Positions 9,069 to 19,027 of a stretch of 64,000 bases of DNA are shown one piece after another. The stretch covers positions 85,451 to 149,450 of the forward strand of contig JBDTSG010000147.1 of the NCBI GenBank assembly GCA_039931265.1. Direction: 5' to 3'. Position numbers and translations under genes: made by a program. The stretch comes from Flavobacteriales bacterium. Lineage in GTDB: Bacteria > Bacteroidota > Bacteroidia > Flavobacteriales_F > PHOS-HE28. Numbering within the stretch: the first letter of the stretch is position 1; each line of letters starts with the position of its first letter. The notes beneath the pieces were generated by a model. It was not told the DNA's origin. It did not search any database and was given only the letters and a program-made list of their open reading frames with translations.

Positions 9069-9989
9069 ATGGATATCCGCATCTCCAACCTAAGCCGTAG
9101 CTACGGTCCGCAAAAGGCAGTGGACGACATCAGCTTCACCGTGCGTACGGGTGAAGTGCTCGGGTTCCTTGGGCCCAACGGCGCTGGAAAGACAACCACG
9201 ATGAAGATGGTGTGCGGCCTTGTGGCAGCCGATGGCGGTACGATCGAAGTAGGAGGCCGCGATGTGGTGAAGGATGCCGGCGAAGTGCGACGGAACATCG
9301 GCTACCTGCCGGAAAACAACCCGCTGTACCACGAGATGGCGGTCCTGGACCTGCTTCACTACAACGCCAAGTTGCAAGGCGTGCCGAAGGACAGGATCAT
9401 CATCCGCGTGCGGGAGATGATCGACGCATGCGGGCTGGGCCCCGAAAAGCACAAACGCATCGAAGAGTTGAGCAAAGGCTATCGACAGCGCGTGGGACTG
9501 GCGCAGGCCATGGTGCACGACCCGGCGGTGCTCATCCTGGATGAGCCGACCACCGGCTTGGACCCGAACCAGATCGTGGAGATCCGCGAACTGATCAAGG
9601 AAGTGGGCCGGGCCAAGACGGTCATTTTCAGTACGCACATCCTGCCGGAAGTCGAGGCCACCTGCGATCGCATCCTCATCATCAACAAGGGTCGCATCGT
9701 TGCCGATGGCGATCCCGTTTCGTTGCGGCGCAGCGCTCAGGGCAAGAGCATGCTGCGCGTGCGCATTCCAGCTGCCGAACCGGCGTTCATGGTAGCACGC
9801 TTGCTCGAGCTACCGCTGGTGGAAAGCGCGGAAGCGCTCGGCGATGGCCTGTTCCTGGTGGGATCCGCGAGCACGACGACAGCGGCTGATGTATTCCATC
9901 TCTGCGCACACCACGGTTGGACGCTGACGGAATTGAGCCCCATGGAAGCGCGGCTCGAGGAGGTGTTCCGCAACCTCACCCTCAACTGA
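9069..9989 (+). CDS. gldA: ABC transporter ATP-binding protein, gliding-motility GldA type
   Basis: Walker A GPNGAGKTT, signature LSKGYRQRV, Walker B LILDEPTTGLD. It is followed by the GldF/GldG-type permease. The track ORF (from 8007) is extended antisense through yaaA. Confidence 0.75.
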   Translation: MDIRISNLSRSYGPQKAVDDISFTVRTGEVLGFLGPNGAGKTTTMKMVCGLVAADGGTIEVGGRDVVKDAGEVRRNIGYLPENNPLYHEMAVLDLLHYNAKLQGVPKDRIIIRVREMIDACGLGPEKHKRIEELSKGYRQRVGLAQAMVHDPAVLILDEPTTGLDPNQIVEIRELIKEVGRAKTVIFSTHILPEVEATCDRILIINKGRIVADGDPVSLRRSAQGKSMLRVRIPAAEPAFMVARLLELPLVESAEALGDGLFLVGSASTTTAADVFHLCAHHGWTLTELSPMEARLEEVFRNLTLN

Positions 9990-9996
9990 GCCCGCG

Positions 9997-12237
9997 ATGC
10001 GCAAGACATTGACGATCGCCCGTAAGGAATTGGCGGGCTATTTCGATTCGCTCATCGCGTACGTGCTGCTGGCCTTGTTCCTCGGCTTCTGCGGTTTCCT
10101 CACATGGATGTGGCCGAGCGGGAACGTATTCGTGCAGGGCACGGCGGGCCTCGGTGCGTTCTGGTCGGCGGCCTATTGGGCCTTGTTCATTTTCGTTCCG
10201 CTCCTCACCATGCGCGCGTTGGCCGAGGAACGGCGCAGCGGCACGCTCGACCTCCTGCTCACCAAGGCGGTTTCCGACTGGCAGATCGTCTTCGGCAAGT
10301 TCATCGCATGCGTGGCACTGATCGCTGTCGCATTGGCCTGCACACTGCCTTACTGGGCTTCCATCGCCTACCTCGGCCCGGCCGACCATGGCGCCATCGC
10401 CTGTGGCTACTTGGCGTTGCTGCTCATGAGCTCGGCCTACATCGCCATCGGCATCTGGGCAAGCAGCCTCACCAACAACCAAGTGGTATCGGCACTGATC
10501 GCTTTGGTGGCCATCTTCTTCTTCCACTTCCTTTTCGGGTTCGTCGTTGACGGCGAAAGCGGATCGCTAGCGCTTGTGCTGCAGCGCCTGAGCACCGATG
10601 CGCACTTCGCGAGCATGAGCCGTGGCGTGATCGACAGCCGCGATGTGCTTTACTTCATCAGCATCGTTTTGGTGGGCCTGGCCCTGGCCGAAGCCAACCT
10701 GGCCAAGCGCAGTGCCGTGCGAAATCGTGGCCGTGTCATGCGCTTTACCTTGCTGTTGTGCCTCGTGGTGGTGCTCGTGAACGTACTGGGCGACAGCTTC
10801 AAATTCCGCACTGACCTCACCGACGACGGGCGGTACACTTTGAGCGGTGCCACGCGCACCATGCTGAAGGAACTACCGGAACCGGTCACCGTAACGGCTT
10901 ACTACAACGAAGAACTGCCTGCGGAATACGCGGCGGTGCGCGAAGAATTCCGCGACCTGTTGACCGAGTTCCACGACGCAGCCGATGGCAAACTGGTCTT
11001 CGAGTTCGTTGACCCGAGCACGGACGATGAGAAAAAGAAAGAAGCGGAGGATGCGGGCATCCGTCCCGTCCAATTGAACATCCCGCAGAAGGACAAGTTC
11101 GAGCAGATGATCGCATACATGGGGGCCACGGTGAAGATGGGCAACCGCGATGACCTCTTGCAGGTGGTGCAAGGCGGCAGCATGGAGCACACGCTCGGCA
11201 TGAGCGTGAAGAAGGTGAGCATCACCAAGAAACCCACGATCGGGTATATCCAAGGTCACGGCGAACCCAGCTTGCAGGAGCTGCCCGAAGCCTACCAGAG
11301 CCTCGATGTGCTCTACGAGATCGCAACCATCCCCCTACCCGATTCGCTGTCGTTGGCCGATCGGTTCGCCGCGTTGTTGATCGTGGATCCGGTGGACAGT
11401 TTCCCCGAACACCACTTGAAGGTCCTGGATGAAACGCTTGCCCGTGGGCGGCCGATACTGATCGCCTACAGCGGTCTCGTGAGTGACCTGAACACATCGC
11501 CAGTGGTGGCTGCCCGCCAGAGCAACCTTGTTGCGTGGCTCGCCTCGAAGGGCGTGGAAGTGCAGCCGACCGTGATCGTTGACCAGCAGTGCGGACAGGT
11601 GCAGATCATGCAGCAGCGCGGGAATTTCACCATGCAGATCCCCATTCCGTTCCCCTACTTCCCCTTGGCGCGCAGGTTCGCCGAGCATCCCATTACCAGC
11701 GGTTTGGAAGCCGTGCTGATGCAGTTCTGCAGTCCCTTGTTGAAGAGCGGACGAGCCGATGTCGCTTTCACGCCTTTGGTGTACACGAGCGACAATTGTG
11801 CGACGCTGCAACCGCCGCAGACGATCGATCCGCAGCGGCAATGGGGACCGGTTGATTTTCCGATGAAGGCACTCGTGATCGGCGCCGCTTTGGAAGGCCC
11901 GCTCGCCGGAGCAACGAAAGCGCGCATGGTCGTTTTCAGCAACGGACGCTTCGCCGTGAACGGTGCCCAAGGCCAACAGCAGCAGTTGAACCCCGACAAC
12001 GTGAACCTGCTCGTGAATTCCGTTGACTGGCTGCTCGATGATACCGGCCTGATCCAATTGCGCACCAAGCAGGTGAACTTCCGCCCGCTGGATGCCGTTA
12101 GCGACACGGTGCGCACGGGCTTGAAGTGGGCGAATCTCTTGGTACCGATCCTCGCTGCCGTTGCCTACGGCATGCTGCGCGCCGCATGGCGCAAGCGGCA
12201 ACGGCGCGCGCGCATGCAACCCGACCATGTTCAGTAA
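9997..12237 (+). CDS. Fused ABC-2 permease (GldF-like) and GldG-like auxiliary domain protein
   Basis: The N-terminal ~240 aa form a multi-TM ABC-2 permease. After a further TM segment, the GldG-like region starts (FRTDLTDDGRYTLSGATRTMLKELPEPVTVTAYY) and ends with a C-terminal TM anchor. Confidence 0.7.
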   Translation: MRKTLTIARKELAGYFDSLIAYVLLALFLGFCGFLTWMWPSGNVFVQGTAGLGAFWSAAYWALFIFVPLLTMRALAEERRSGTLDLLLTKAVSDWQIVFGKFIACVALIAVALACTLPYWASIAYLGPADHGAIACGYLALLLMSSAYIAIGIWASSLTNNQVVSALIALVAIFFFHFLFGFVVDGESGSLALVLQRLSTDAHFASMSRGVIDSRDVLYFISIVLVGLALAEANLAKRSAVRNRGRVMRFTLLLCLVVVLVNVLGDSFKFRTDLTDDGRYTLSGATRTMLKELPEPVTVTAYYNEELPAEYAAVREEFRDLLTEFHDAADGKLVFEFVDPSTDDEKKKEAEDAGIRPVQLNIPQKDKFEQMIAYMGATVKMGNRDDLLQVVQGGSMEHTLGMSVKKVSITKKPTIGYIQGHGEPSLQELPEAYQSLDVLYEIATIPLPDSLSLADRFAALLIVDPVDSFPEHHLKVLDETLARGRPILIAYSGLVSDLNTSPVVAARQSNLVAWLASKGVEVQPTVIVDQQCGQVQIMQQRGNFTMQIPIPFPYFPLARRFAEHPITSGLEAVLMQFCSPLLKSGRADVAFTPLVYTSDNCATLQPPQTIDPQRQWGPVDFPMKALVIGAALEGPLAGATKARMVVFSNGRFAVNGAQGQQQQLNPDNVNLLVNSVDWLLDDTGLIQLRTKQVNFRPLDAVSDTVRTGLKWANLLVPILAAVAYGMLRAAWRKRQRRARMQPDHVQ

Positions 12238-13180
12238 GCTGGGCACCCGCACCCTGTTGTTGCTCGTAGCTGGCCTATTGGCGGTATGGGGTATTTCCAA
12301 GTGGTGGAACAGCAGGGATGGGGGCAACACCCTTCGTAGCACCGTTGTCGAGGTCGATACCGCTGCGCTGCGCTCCTTCTCCATCCTGCCGAAACAGTTG
12401 AAACACGCGGAAATACGCTTCGACCGCGAGACCGATGGCTGGACCGTGGGCGACAGCGCCGGTGTACACGGCGCCGACCAGGCCGCTGTGCGCGATCTGC
12501 TGGCCGGCTTTGCCCACTTACGCACGCTCCGGCTGGCGGGCTCCATGGAAAAGGACGCTGTGAGGTACGCGCTCGGCGACACGGCAAATACCCGGATGAT
12601 CTTCCGCGTTGAAGGCAAAGCGCCGCTGACTTTCCGCGTGGGCTGGGTGGACCAGACCGCGAGCCAGGAGGGCGCAACCTTCGTGAACGTTGAAGGCGAG
12701 CAGGATATCCATGTCATTTCCGGCAGCCTGACGCGCATGCTCGATCGCCCCATGAGCGTATGGCGCGATCAACAGCTTATCGGTGGCGATCCCGCCACCT
12801 GGACCCGGCTCACCTTCACCGTGCCCGGGGGGCTGGGTTATTCGCTGCAACGCGAAGGGGCTGGCTGGCTGCTGGATGGAAAGCCGACAAATGCCGAGCG
12901 CGTGCAGCAGTTCTTTGAAGCACTGAGCAAGGGGCGGAACAACCGCTATGCCGACGATACCAAGGTGGACGGCCTAACGGCCCAATACCGTTTGGTGATC
13001 CAGGACAACGCCACGGAGCCTGCTATCATTGAGATGTTCGACACCGGAGGCAAATTGCTCCTGCACAACAGCCGCAAACCCCGCGAGGTCTTTTTGCTGG
13101 ACCGCACCACGGACCTTGCCCGTTTCTTCCGACCTGCTCAATACCTGTTGGAGGTGCAACCTCAAGCGCTCCCCCAGTAG
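12227..13180 (+). CDS. DUF4340-like protein (partner of GldG-type ABC systems)
   Basis: N-terminal anchor MFSKLGTRTLLLLVAGLLAVWG. The start overlaps the preceding stop by 11 nt. The position after a GldG-like gene is typical for DUF4340. Confidence 0.6.
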   Translation: MFSKLGTRTLLLLVAGLLAVWGISKWWNSRDGGNTLRSTVVEVDTAALRSFSILPKQLKHAEIRFDRETDGWTVGDSAGVHGADQAAVRDLLAGFAHLRTLRLAGSMEKDAVRYALGDTANTRMIFRVEGKAPLTFRVGWVDQTASQEGATFVNVEGEQDIHVISGSLTRMLDRPMSVWRDQQLIGGDPATWTRLTFTVPGGLGYSLQREGAGWLLDGKPTNAERVQQFFEALSKGRNNRYADDTKVDGLTAQYRLVIQDNATEPAIIEMFDTGGKLLLHNSRKPREVFLLDRTTDLARFFRPAQYLLEVQPQALPQ

Positions 13181-13209
13181 TCCCGCCTCTCAGGCTCACC
13201 GGTTCCAAC

Positions 13210-13240
13210 GAAGAAGGGCGGCCGTGGGCCGCCCTTCTTC
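13210..13240. terminator. Bidirectional stem-loop between convergent genes
   Basis: Perfect 14-bp inverted repeat gaagaagggcggcc (13210-13223) / ggccgcccttcttc (13227-13240) with a 3-nt loop. Confidence 0.65.
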
Positions 13241-13256
13241 GTTGTTCCCATGTTGC

Positions 13257-15824
13257 TCAGCGCAGCACCTCGATCTGTTTCGTTTTGCTCCAACGCTCGG
13301 TGGTGAGTTGCACAGCATAGTTGCCGCTGCTCAACCCCGCGAGGTCGATCGTGTTGTACGCGCCTCCGGTCACCGTCATCTGCTCGTTGCGCACCACGCG
13401 CCCGCTAAGATCCGCGATGATCACCTGCACGTTACCCGTCCAATGGTGGTTGAGGCCGATGCTCAAGGTACCGTGCGTGGGATTGGGATACAGCACAAAG
13501 TCGTCGGCCGTTGGTTCTTCATCCACGTTCACGGCACCGCAGCTCACCAGCCAGATGAGTTCATCATCCACCTGCCCGCCCACGCAGCTACCCGCTGCAT
13601 CGCCCAACACGCGAATGGCCAAGGCGTTGTCGGGGTTGTAAGAGTTCAATGCCACACCGGTCATGTCGCCGCCATTGTTGCCGTTGAAGGTGAGCGCGCT
13701 CAGGTCGTCGAACCCTTGGTACACGACCACTTTGTCGCCATTGAGCATTTCACCCTGCATGAACTCAACGGTGATCGGCCCCGGCACCAAGGCTTGGTAA
13801 ACGAACCATGCTTCGTCGTTGTTGCCGTAACAGTAGGTCTGGTTCTGGTTGCACGTTACGTACACGCAAGCCGAGTCGCTCTGCACCAGCGGAAGGCTGT
13901 TCTGGCGGCACAGGTTGTTGAGGCCATTGAGCACCGTTACCACCACGGCCGTGTCGTTGCCGAAGGGCCCGATCGTGTATGTGCCCAACCCGACGTTCTG
14001 AATGGTGTCCGTGGTCAAGCTGTTCACGATATCCACATCGCTGGCGTCACCCGTGCTGGTCACGTTGATCTCAACGGTGTACGTGCGGTGCGGGCAATCG
14101 GGCACCACGGTGTAGTTGGCGCCGGGCACCATGCAATCCAAGCACCCGATCTCCCAAGCCCACGAGGCGAAGCTGAAGTCGGCACAGCTTCCGGATCCAT
14201 CCGAATACATGCGCATGTACAGATCGGGGCCAGTGCTGATCACCAACAGTCCGGTGAGATCCGCGAAATTGAAATCCTGGTGGTCGAACAACACAGGCGA
14301 GAACTCGTCCGGTCCGTCGTAGATCGTCAAGTGATCATAGAAGACGCTTTCGATCTGGCCTTGGCTCCAAGACATGGCCAAAGGGCTAACTCCATCGCTG
14401 CTCACCCAATGCCATCCATGGTCATCGAAGTTGTTGTAGCAATACGTTCCCGCTTCGGGGCCGTTGCCACATACCACGGTATCGGGACAGATGATCGGGT
14501 TGGTGATCACCGGACTGTTGACGGTGCAAAGCGGGTTCAGATCGTTCACGAGGGAAACGATCACATCGGTATCCAACGGGTAAGGACCAGTAGTGTACAG
14601 ACCCGGCGCGGTAGCGACAATGGGCGGTGCCCCACCGGTGTTGGTGATATCAACGGCGAGGTCGGTGCCCAGACTGGTGAGATCCACATCGATGAAGAAC
14701 TGCATGTTGGCGCAGTCCATGACCGGGGTGAAGGTGCCAGCGGCTGGCGTGCAATCGAGGCAGGCAACGGTATAGTCCCACTGCGGGAACACGCCGAAGT
14801 CGGCGCAACTACTGAAGCCATCGGAAGTGATCTGCAGCGTGAGCGCATGATCGGGGTTGGTCGAAACCCAGAACGCGCCGGTGAGGTCACCATCAGGATC
14901 ATATCCGCTATAGATGATGGGGTCCGTGGTGTTCAACCCATCGTAAATGGTGATGAAGTCGCCGCCGAACGGGTAGATGCCTCCTGAGTTGAAGAGTATC
15001 GCTATCGGGAACGTGCTGGCCCCTTGGTAAACGAAGTAGGTGGATTCACCATTGCTGTAGCAGTAGGTATAGTTATCGGGGCCGCAGCCGATGATCGGGC
15101 ATGGCAGGTTGGTGATACCCGGCGAGAAGAAGTCGCAACCGGGGTCTTGGTTGTTCTCCAAGCTGTAGCTCACGGTTGTGTTGAGCGGGAAGGGCCCGAT
15201 GGTGTAGGTACCCAGACCAACACCGCTGATCGTGGGGGCCCCGCCCGTGTTGGTGATGTTCACATCGGAAGCACTGCCCAAACCGGTTATGGTGATATCG
15301 ATGGAGTAGCTGCCGTTGGCACAATCCAGTACAACGTTGTAGCTGCTCGATGGGGCATTCGCGCAGAAGAAGTTCACGTACCAATCGAAGCCGGAGGTCG
15401 TCCAGAAGTCATCCCATTCGATGTAATAGGTCTGGCCCGCTACAGCAGCCAGTCCGCTCACCTCGCTCGCGAAGCCGCTACCACCTTGGGTCATTGGACA
15501 GAAATCATCCGAACTACCAATGCACACCAAGCCAGCGCAAGTGCCCGAATAGACTTGAAGGCGGGTATCGGCGCCGCCGAGGCAAGAGCCCACGGTCCAT
15601 GTACCATTACCGGTCGGGGTATAGCTGTACCAGTCGGCATTGATGTTCGGGCCCAAACAAGCACCGATCGCCCCACCACCGGAGGACGGGCCATCGGCGG
15701 TGTAGCCGCCGGGGGTAACGGGCACCGCGGTGGTGCAGAAATCACCTTGGGCCAAGGCACTCACCGAGGCCATAACGGCAACAATGAGAGCGATCGAGGA
15801 AGCGCGTAATGAACGATGAAGCAT
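13257..15824 (-). CDS. Large secreted modular protein with T9SS C-terminal sorting domain
   Basis: Signal peptide, then three copies of a bipartite module, then the CTD (LYPNPTHGTLSI...LSSGNYAVQLTT...KQIEVLR). Confidence 0.8.
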   Translation of the reverse strand: MLHRSLRASSIALIVAVMASVSALAQGDFCTTAVPVTPGGYTADGPSSGGGAIGACLGPNINADWYSYTPTGNGTWTVGSCLGGADTRLQVYSGTCAGLVCIGSSDDFCPMTQGGSGFASEVSGLAAVAGQTYYIEWDDFWTTSGFDWYVNFFCANAPSSSYNVVLDCANGSYSIDITITGLGSASDVNITNTGGAPTISGVGLGTYTIGPFPLNTTVSYSLENNQDPGCDFFSPGITNLPCPIIGCGPDNYTYCYSNGESTYFVYQGASTFPIAILFNSGGIYPFGGDFITIYDGLNTTDPIIYSGYDPDGDLTGAFWVSTNPDHALTLQITSDGFSSCADFGVFPQWDYTVACLDCTPAAGTFTPVMDCANMQFFIDVDLTSLGTDLAVDITNTGGAPPIVATAPGLYTTGPYPLDTDVIVSLVNDLNPLCTVNSPVITNPIICPDTVVCGNGPEAGTYCYNNFDDHGWHWVSSDGVSPLAMSWSQGQIESVFYDHLTIYDGPDEFSPVLFDHQDFNFADLTGLLVISTGPDLYMRMYSDGSGSCADFSFASWAWEIGCLDCMVPGANYTVVPDCPHRTYTVEINVTSTGDASDVDIVNSLTTDTIQNVGLGTYTIGPFGNDTAVVVTVLNGLNNLCRQNSLPLVQSDSACVYVTCNQNQTYCYGNNDEAWFVYQALVPGPITVEFMQGEMLNGDKVVVYQGFDDLSALTFNGNNGGDMTGVALNSYNPDNALAIRVLGDAAGSCVGGQVDDELIWLVSCGAVNVDEEPTADDFVLYPNPTHGTLSIGLNHHWTGNVQVIIADLSGRVVRNEQMTVTGGAYNTIDLAGLSSGNYAVQLTTERWSKTKQIEVLR

Positions 15825-15909
15825 GCGCGGTTGGTTTATCGGTTTTGGACGGACGCGGCCGAAGGTAAGAGCGCGTATGGATCGCCGGACAACTGCCCAT
15901 CACCACCGA

Positions 15910-18102
15910 TCATCGACGGAACGTGGAAGCCTGCGGGCGCTGGCCGGTAGCACGCGGCCCGCGCCTCACCAAAACACGAACAGGGTGCCCCGGCACCACC
16001 GGGAACCAGTTGTCGCTCGGTTGGGCATCGGAGCCTGCATCGATCTTCACCGAGCTGACAGGCACGGCTGTTCTTATTTCCCAGAGGTCGCTAATGCCCG
16101 CGACTTCCGTTAGCGTTGGCCCCTGCGTGGAGGACCCGCTCGACGTACGCCCGGCGCCGGAGAACATGCGCGGCGCGGCACCCGCCCCGAAAGCGTAGAC
16201 CACGATCCCTGCCGGCCATTGGTCTTTCGGCCATTCCACCAGCCGCAACAAACCAGTGCCTTTGGGATGTTCAACCTGCGTTCGGAGCAGTTCACCCTGC
16301 ACGCTCCAGAACTCCAACAGCACGGTGTCGCCGTCAAGTTCCGTATCCGACCAGAGATCCAAGGCCACCCCGCCTGCAGTTGTCGCTTCAAAGGTGAGGA
16401 CCCGGTCCGCGTAGCTGCGTTTCACCTCGTACTGCGCTGCTTTCCATCGAAAGTCCACATCAATTGTGCTCCAACTGGGTGCTGCCCACACATCGTTGAG
16501 TTGCCAGAAGAGCGTACCCATACAATGCGGTTGCTGGGTTCGGTGCGCCCAGATCGCTTGTCGATAGGCGTCCGCTTGCACGACCTGGCTGCAATCGATG
16601 AAACGACCAAGGGTGGTCGGCCTCTCCCCGAGTTCCCGTTCGATCGCTGTCCAAATAGGCTTGTCGGTCTTGTAGCTCTTCTGGCGTTCCGCCAGAACGG
16701 GTGAGCCCAAGTACAGGAACTCCGGGTCGATGTAATGCGCAAGCGTCACGCTGTCCGGATAGCTCTGGAAACCGTATTCGCTTACGAAGCGCCCAACGTT
16801 GTTTTTGAACGAGGACAAGGCGCTGTCGCCATGCCATACACCCCAGTAGTGCAGGTCGCCGCTCTTAAGCCCGCTAGCGTTGCCCCAATTGCTCAACGGC
16901 GAGGTTGGAGTATAGTCCCGGCCTGAACCATTCGCTACCGCGGCAAGGTTTTGGACGAAGAATTCGTCGTTGGCTTGGGCGATCGCGCGCTGTGCGTCCT
17001 CGTCAAGCTTGTAGGTCGCTTGCCAGCCCCAGTTCTTCCACGCCACGTCGAGTTCGTTGTTGCCGCACCACAGGGCCACTGATCGATACTGTTGGAATGC
17101 GCTGACTTTTTCCTCCGCTTCGCTAAGCGCGTTCGCCACGAAGCGGTCGTCGCCCGGAACCATGTTCGCGAACATGAAGTCCTGCCAGACCCATATCCCT
17201 GCTGTGTCGCAAGCATTGAAGAAGACCTCCGGCGGATAGACGCCGCCAGCCCACACGCGCGCCATGTTCATATGCGCTAACTGCATTTCCTTCACCAGTC
17301 GGATCCATTGCGGGTCGTTCCCAGCGCTGAGCATGGACGCCGGTGGAACTACGTTGCACCCCTTCATGAACACTGGTTTTCCGTCCATCTCGAACCGGAA
17401 AGAGGTGCCTATTCCATCCGGTTCTCGAACCAGGCGCAAGTCCCCCCTATTGCTCCTCGCGATTTCCCTTTCGGTCGGATCCGATACAACGCGCAGTTCC
17501 ACGGGTTGCCAGATCCCGCAGGTCAACAGTCGTGGTGCGAAGTCCCATCCGAACTGGAACCCGGCCTTGCGCACATAGGGACTCACCCCGCTGGGGTCAT
17601 TGTCGTGCGGCAGTTGGATCCCATATCGGTCCCGAAGCTTCGCGCCCTCCTTGACCACACTTCTGAAGACGACCTTCAACCCGTTGGCACCCGGCCGCAA
17701 AACACCCTTTACAGGCCAGCCCCACGCTCGGAACATATTGTTCGTCGTGCCCAGCAACGAGTCGTTCAAATAAATCTCAGCGAAGGTGTCCAACCCTTTG
17801 AAAAACAGATGTATGTCTTGATACTCAAAGAGCGTGTCGCTCGCATCGATCACGCATCGATAGATCCAATCCTCATTCCCGACCCATTGCACGCTATCGA
17901 TGTTGCTGTTGCGCATCGGATCGGGGATCAACCCATTGCGCAAAAGGTCCTGCTGAACCGTACCCGGCACCTCGGCGGTATACCAACGTTCTTTCCCCGA
18001 CTGGCTGAACGTCCATCCTTGATGCAGCGGTAAATGGATCGCTTGTGCACTGGCGAACGCACCCGTCAATTGGCAGGCGCCAATCAAGAGTGCCGATCTC
18101 AT
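15910..18102 (-). CDS. Glycoside hydrolase family 2, beta-mannosidase-like
   Basis: N-terminal sugar-binding domain blocks (WYTAEVPGTVQQDLL, LFFKGLDTFAEIYLND) and catalytic region blocks (WCGNNE, SEYGFQS) fit the GH2 beta-mannosidase pattern. Confidence 0.75.
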   Translation of the reverse strand: MRSALLIGACQLTGAFASAQAIHLPLHQGWTFSQSGKERWYTAEVPGTVQQDLLRNGLIPDPMRNSNIDSVQWVGNEDWIYRCVIDASDTLFEYQDIHLFFKGLDTFAEIYLNDSLLGTTNNMFRAWGWPVKGVLRPGANGLKVVFRSVVKEGAKLRDRYGIQLPHDNDPSGVSPYVRKAGFQFGWDFAPRLLTCGIWQPVELRVVSDPTEREIARSNRGDLRLVREPDGIGTSFRFEMDGKPVFMKGCNVVPPASMLSAGNDPQWIRLVKEMQLAHMNMARVWAGGVYPPEVFFNACDTAGIWVWQDFMFANMVPGDDRFVANALSEAEEKVSAFQQYRSVALWCGNNELDVAWKNWGWQATYKLDEDAQRAIAQANDEFFVQNLAAVANGSGRDYTPTSPLSNWGNASGLKSGDLHYWGVWHGDSALSSFKNNVGRFVSEYGFQSYPDSVTLAHYIDPEFLYLGSPVLAERQKSYKTDKPIWTAIERELGERPTTLGRFIDCSQVVQADAYRQAIWAHRTQQPHCMGTLFWQLNDVWAAPSWSTIDVDFRWKAAQYEVKRSYADRVLTFEATTAGGVALDLWSDTELDGDTVLLEFWSVQGELLRTQVEHPKGTGLLRLVEWPKDQWPAGIVVYAFGAGAAPRMFSGAGRTSSGSSTQGPTLTEVAGISDLWEIRTAVPVSSVKIDAGSDAQPSDNWFPVVPGHPVRVLVRRGPRATGQRPQASTFRR

Positions 18103-18842
18103 CGGAGACCCGCTTTCACCAACGCGTTGATCACGCCCTCGATCTTGGCAACATCGGGTTCGGTGCTGAAGTTGGCCTCTCCACCACCAATGCCGAGCGC
18201 ATGGCCCTTAGCCACAACGAGCCTCGGACGTTGTGCGGAGAAATGGATCTCGCGCACACCGGTGCGTTCAACGAGTTCCACCGCGTTCCCTGGATCGATC
18301 CCACCAGCGGCCGCCACAAGCAACGAACCGTTCGCCGCCTTTACCAAAGCCGACAATACAGCGATCCCGTCCATTGCCACCGTGCCCCCGCCAGAGGTAA
18401 GGACGCGTTGGATCCCCAGATGCAGACATCGTTCGAATGCCAACAGGATATCAGGCGCGAACTCAATGGCCCGATGGAAAGTGACTTCACGATCACCAGC
18501 CCCGAGCAATGCACCGCGCACGAGTTCAGCATCAGGGAGGTCGTCGGCGTCGAGCCCACCCGTAACAATACCACAGGTCTCATCGCCCACACCGCTCATG
18601 AGCACGTCGCGTAGAAGCGTCTGTCTTTCATCCGCAGTGTAGCGAAAGCCCCCCGGAGTGGGCCTCACGAGCACACGCTTGCGCACGCGCACGCGTTCCT
18701 GCAATACGTTCAACAAGCCGAAGGTTGGTGTTATGCCTCCACATCCCAGCCAGCTGCACACCTCGATCGTATCCACGCCGCACTGCTCGGCCACAAGAGC
18801 CTCCTCCACCGAGGTCACGCAGACTTCCACCGCTACCCGCAT
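18099..18842 (-). CDS. cutC: CutC-family protein (copper homeostasis protein CutC annotation)
   Basis: MRVAVEVCVTSVEEALVAEQCGVDTIEVCS...HRAIE... are typical CutC TIM-barrel blocks. Its stop overlaps the GH2 start (ATGA at 18099-18102). Confidence 0.8.
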   Translation of the reverse strand: MRVAVEVCVTSVEEALVAEQCGVDTIEVCSWLGCGGITPTFGLLNVLQERVRVRKRVLVRPTPGGFRYTADERQTLLRDVLMSGVGDETCGIVTGGLDADDLPDAELVRGALLGAGDREVTFHRAIEFAPDILLAFERCLHLGIQRVLTSGGGTVAMDGIAVLSALVKAANGSLLVAAAGGIDPGNAVELVERTGVREIHFSAQRPRLVVAKGHALGIGGGEANFSTEPDVAKIEGVINALVKAGLR

Positions 18843-19027
18843 GTTGCGAAGATGGCTTGCCAGACACACCCGACGTGTTCACATCTTTTTCCCGACCAAT
18901 GCTTGACCGGATCGCGGACGCTTGCTTTATTGTCCGGCAAGAATATGACGGATAATCCGTCAACGGAGAAGACAAGCAAGCGAACCGCTGCGCCGAACCT
19001 AGTAGCAACCACCAAACTCATCATACC

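Noticed and set aside
13029-15809. 652-aa and 261-aa plus-strand ORFs
   Set aside because: They lie antisense to the 855-aa T9SS cargo gene, which has a signal peptide, repeats and a CTD. They show typical shadow-ORF composition (H/V/G/A/R).
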